Of a stretch of DNA of 64,000 bases, positions 61,169-64,000 are shown one piece after another; positions within the stretch are counted from its first letter, which is position 1; each line of letters begins with the position of its first letter. Position numbers and translations under genes: made by a program. Origin of the DNA: an uncultured delta proteobacterium (GTDB lineage Bacteria; Myxococcota_A; Polyangia; Fen-1088); NCBI GenBank assembly GCA_963737265.1, contig CAVTRY010000018.1, positions 160,001 to 224,000 on the forward strand, read 5' to 3'. Under the pieces are notes generated by a model. The model had not been told where the DNA came from. It ran no database searches and saw only the letters and a list, made by a program, of their open reading frames with translations.

Positions 61169-61882
61169 ATGGTCACCGGGCGACGACTCGCAGTCACCCT
61201 GCTTTGCTTGCTGGCAAAGCTCGGCTGCGCGACCGGAGGCGCGGACAAGCCTCTCCACGCGGACAATCTCCCTGGCACCTGGCACACCGTCGAGCCCGGC
61301 GAGACATCGGCGACGATCGCCAAGCAGGCCGGCATCCCCGTCGAGGATTTCCTGGAAATCAATGGGCTGCGCAAAAACGATGTCCTGACACCAGGACAAC
61401 CGGTATTCGTGCTCGGCAAGCCGGCCGAGCAGTCCGGCGCGAGTCCTGGATTCACACCCTCGTTCGCGCGGGCCACGACATCGCCCGCGACGAGCTCGTC
61501 GGCGCCCTTGCGCTGGCCCGTCGCCGTGCCCCGGCTGTCGTCTCCCTTTGGCAAGCGTTGGGGCAAGGAGCATGAAGGCATCGACATGGCCGCGCCCATC
61601 GGCACGCCGGTGTACGCAGCATCGGCGGGCGATGTGATTTACGCCGGCGATCAAGTGCGCGGCTACGGCAACATGGTCGTGATCAGGCACCGCGGGGATC
61701 TGGTCACCGTGTATGCCCACAACTCGCTCCTCCTCGTTCACATTGGGGACCAGGTATCGGTGGGGCAGGAAATTGCGCGCGTCGGCGACACCGGGCGGGC
61801 TACCGCGCCGCACCTGCACTTCGAAGTCCGCCGCAACGAGATTCCGCAAGACCCCATGCTGTTTTTGCCCGCTTTGAAGTAG
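61169..61882 (+). CDS. LysM / M23 peptidase lipoprotein (NlpD-like)
   Basis: HTVEPGET LysM domain, HEGID, YAHN, HLHFEVR. Confidence 0.9.
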   Translation: MVTGRRLAVTLLCLLAKLGCATGGADKPLHADNLPGTWHTVEPGETSATIAKQAGIPVEDFLEINGLRKNDVLTPGQPVFVLGKPAEQSGASPGFTPSFARATTSPATSSSAPLRWPVAVPRLSSPFGKRWGKEHEGIDMAAPIGTPVYAASAGDVIYAGDQVRGYGNMVVIRHRGDLVTVYAHNSLLLVHIGDQVSVGQEIARVGDTGRATAPHLHFEVRRNEIPQDPMLFLPALK

Positions 61883-61891
61883 AAATAGGCC

Positions 61892-62431
61892 ATGTCACCT
61901 AGCGATGCTCCCGAGGTCGATCTGCGCTCTTTCATCCGCGACATCCCCGATTTTCCCAAACCGGGGATTCTATTTCGCGATGTCACCCCGTTGCTCGGCA
62001 ACGGACCGGCCTTTCGCACGTGCATCCGGCAGCTGTGCGAGCGACTCGTGCCCCTGAAACCACACGCGATCGCCGGAATCGAATCGCGCGGATTTATTTT
62101 CGGTGCCAGCATCGCGGCCGAGATAGGCGTCGGCTTCATCCCTATTCGCAAACCCGGCAAGCTGCCGTGGAAGACCCGCCAGGAAAGCTACGCCCTCGAA
62201 TATGGTACCGACGCCATCGAAGTCCACGAGGATGCAGTGGCGGGCGTCACGCGCGTGGCGCTTGTCGACGATCTTCTGGCCACCGGCGGGACTGCGGGCG
62301 CCGCCATCAAGCTGCTGCAAGGGCTCGGCGGCCAAGTGGTGGTCGCCGCGTTCGTCATCGAGCTTGCCTTCCTGCACGGGCGAGAACGTCTGGCAGGGAT
62401 TCCTGCCCAGGTAATGATCACGTACACTTAA
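61892..62431 (+). CDS. apt: Adenine phosphoribosyltransferase
   Basis: IPDFPKPGILFRD, RKPGKLP, VDDLLATGGT. Confidence 0.96.
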   Translation: MSPSDAPEVDLRSFIRDIPDFPKPGILFRDVTPLLGNGPAFRTCIRQLCERLVPLKPHAIAGIESRGFIFGASIAAEIGVGFIPIRKPGKLPWKTRQESYALEYGTDAIEVHEDAVAGVTRVALVDDLLATGGTAGAAIKLLQGLGGQVVVAAFVIELAFLHGRERLAGIPAQVMITYT

Positions 62432-62489
62432 GGACACGTTCGGGGCGCGACGCCGCTTGATGACAAGACAGCCCACACAGGGCCGAACG

Positions 62490-63315
62490 TTAGAAACCGC
62501 CTTCCACGCGAATTACGATTTTGCCCCGGGTTGCGCTCTTGCCGAAATCGGCGATGGCTGCCGCAACCTCGCGAATCGGAACCACCTTGGCGATGGGTAT
62601 TTGCATGCCCTCGCGCATTCCTTCCGCCAACCATTGCAAATCGGGGCGCCGCGGTTTCACCATCACCAACTTGCACCTTCTCCGCAGCAAGGGCGAGAGC
62701 AGCAGTCCGCCCACAAAGGCGGCGCTGGGTAGGGTCGTGACGTAAGTCCCGCGCGGCGCAATCAACTTGCGAAATGCCACTACGCCGAAGCCCGCCGCAG
62801 CGTCGAGGATCACGGCATAGCGTTCTTTCACTTCTTTCTGCCAACCCGCGTTCCCGCGGTCGAATACCGTGCGCGCGCCCAGCCCGCGCACGAACGCCAT
62901 CCCCGATGCCGAGCTGACCGCGTCCACCACGCCGCCCAACCTGCTCGCGACGCCGATTGCAACCGAACCCACGCCGCCCTTCGCACCCGTCACCAGCACG
63001 GATTGCCCCGCGCGCATCCGCCCGCAGTCCCGCAGCGCCTGCAAGGCAGTAATTCCCGCCGTGGCGGAAGCAGCGGCGGTCTCGTGGCTAAGCGATTCGG
63101 GCTTGGGTGCCAGGAACGACGCGGGCACTACGGTGAATTCCGCCAAGGCGCCGGACTTGGTGATGCGCGAATAGGCGTGAAAGCCAAATACCTCTTGCCC
63201 AACCTGAAGGCTAGATACGTTAGCCCCCATCTTGTCCACGACGCCCGACACATCCCAACCGACCACCAGCGGGAAGACCTTGGCGTGCAGGATAGTCACC
63301 TTGCCAAGCAGGGTC
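62490..63315 (-). pseudogene. NAD(P)-dependent medium-chain oxidoreductase, 5' end cut by the IS3 element
   Basis: PLVVGWDVSG, GAKGGVG, GKIVI. The frame stays open up to the IS end at 63316 and the N-terminal ~45 aa are missing. Confidence 0.8.
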
Positions 63316-63383
63316 TGAAGTGGACCCCAAAAATGGGACCAGGAGCTAAGGTGTAGTCCGCCTCAACAACGAGGCAGGACACG

Positions 63384-63677
63384 ATGAAAACGAACCGCCA
63401 AAAGCACACAGCACTCTTCAAGGCGCAGGTAGCTCTCGAAGCCATGCGGGAGCAGGCAACGGTTGTGGAGATCGGGCGCCGATACAAGATCAACCCGAAC
63501 CTGGTTCACAAGTGGAAGAAGGAAGCCGTCACACGGCTGGCCATGGTTTTCGAACCAGGCCATGCAAATGCAGAGGAATCGGCGAACGCCGAACGCGAAT
63601 CGGAATTGCTGCGCAAGGTGGGGCAGCTGACGCTGGAGAATGATTTTTTAGCACGCGGGCTCGCGCGCATTCGCTGA
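63384..63677 (+). CDS. IS3 transposase OrfA
   Basis: FKAQVALEA, HTH, WKK, KVGQLTLENDFL. Confidence 0.9.
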   Translation: MKTNRQKHTALFKAQVALEAMREQATVVEIGRRYKINPNLVHKWKKEAVTRLAMVFEPGHANAEESANAERESELLRKVGQLTLENDFLARGLARIR

Positions 63678-64000
63678 CGGAGAAGCGCGCCATGATCGAG
63701 TCCCACAACGACCTATCTGTCCGTCGGCAGTGCGAGCTGCTGAATCTTGCGAGATCGGGCATCTACTGGGAGCCGATGCCGATGGCAGAGGAAGATCTGG
63801 CCATCTGCAAGGAGCTGGACAAGCTGCATCTTGAATTGCCAGCATTCGGCAGCCGGAAGCTGTCACGGTTGCTAAAGGCACAGGGGCAGACGGTGAATCG
63901 CAAACGGGTGCAGAGACTGATGCGAATCATGGGCATCGAAGCGCTGGCGCCCAAACCACGGACGACCGTGCCCGCGCCGGAACATACGAAATTCCCGTAC
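63644..64000 (+). CDS. IS3 transposase OrfB (partial, -1 frame from the slippery TTTTTTA at 63644-63650)
   Basis: LSVRRQCELL..RS..Y, FGSRKL, VNRKRVQRLMR.MGI. Confidence 0.88.

Larger units (their letters stand above)
63316..64000 (+). mobile_element. IS3-family insertion sequence (left part; runs off the window)
   Basis: Left end TGAAGTGGACCCCAAAAATGGGACC. orfA/orfB organisation with a -1 frameshift. Confidence 0.92.

Overview
This is a GC-rich (roughly 65%) bacterial chromosome segment. Its gene content points to Myxococcota, probably Polyangia-like: a TIGR04563-type small protein, paired myxobacterial OM beta-barrels, Tgl, and Cys-rich lipoproteins. Bases 1-14,100 form an accessory block of lipoproteins with long Gly/Thr/Ala/Ser linkers carrying carbohydrate-active or carbohydrate-binding heads: GH5, two paralogues with tandem LecA-like domains, GH43, a PL4 rhamnogalacturonan lyase and DUF1080. 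Four of these genes share an upstream motif, AT(A/T)GAAGCT-N15-AC(A/G)T. The rest is mostly housekeeping: ftsY, smc, cmk, rpsA, queE, tgl, recO, GlyRS, ppdK, a SPOR protein, tamB/Omp85, comF, tRNA-Val, thrS-infC-rpmI-rplT-pheS-pheT-ihfA-MerR, tRNA-Pro, surE, an NlpD-like gene and apt. The window ends in an IS3-family element that truncates an oxidoreductase. Main observations: (1) a 564-bp transposase-free element (23153-23716) with 23-bp terminal inverted repeats, a perfect 9-bp target duplication and a second inner inverted-repeat pair, whose only cargo is a GxxExxY PD-(D/E)XK gene; (2) a shared promoter, leader and lipoprotein-signal module fused to unrelated catalytic domains; (3) a readable tandem-duplication scar with apparent gene conversion; (4) a 106-aa internally deleted argS remnant; (5) a roughly 75-aa insertion in GlyRS. 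Several 1-bp frameshifts at short base runs suggest assembly indel errors. All family assignments come from motif recognition by eye, not from database searches.
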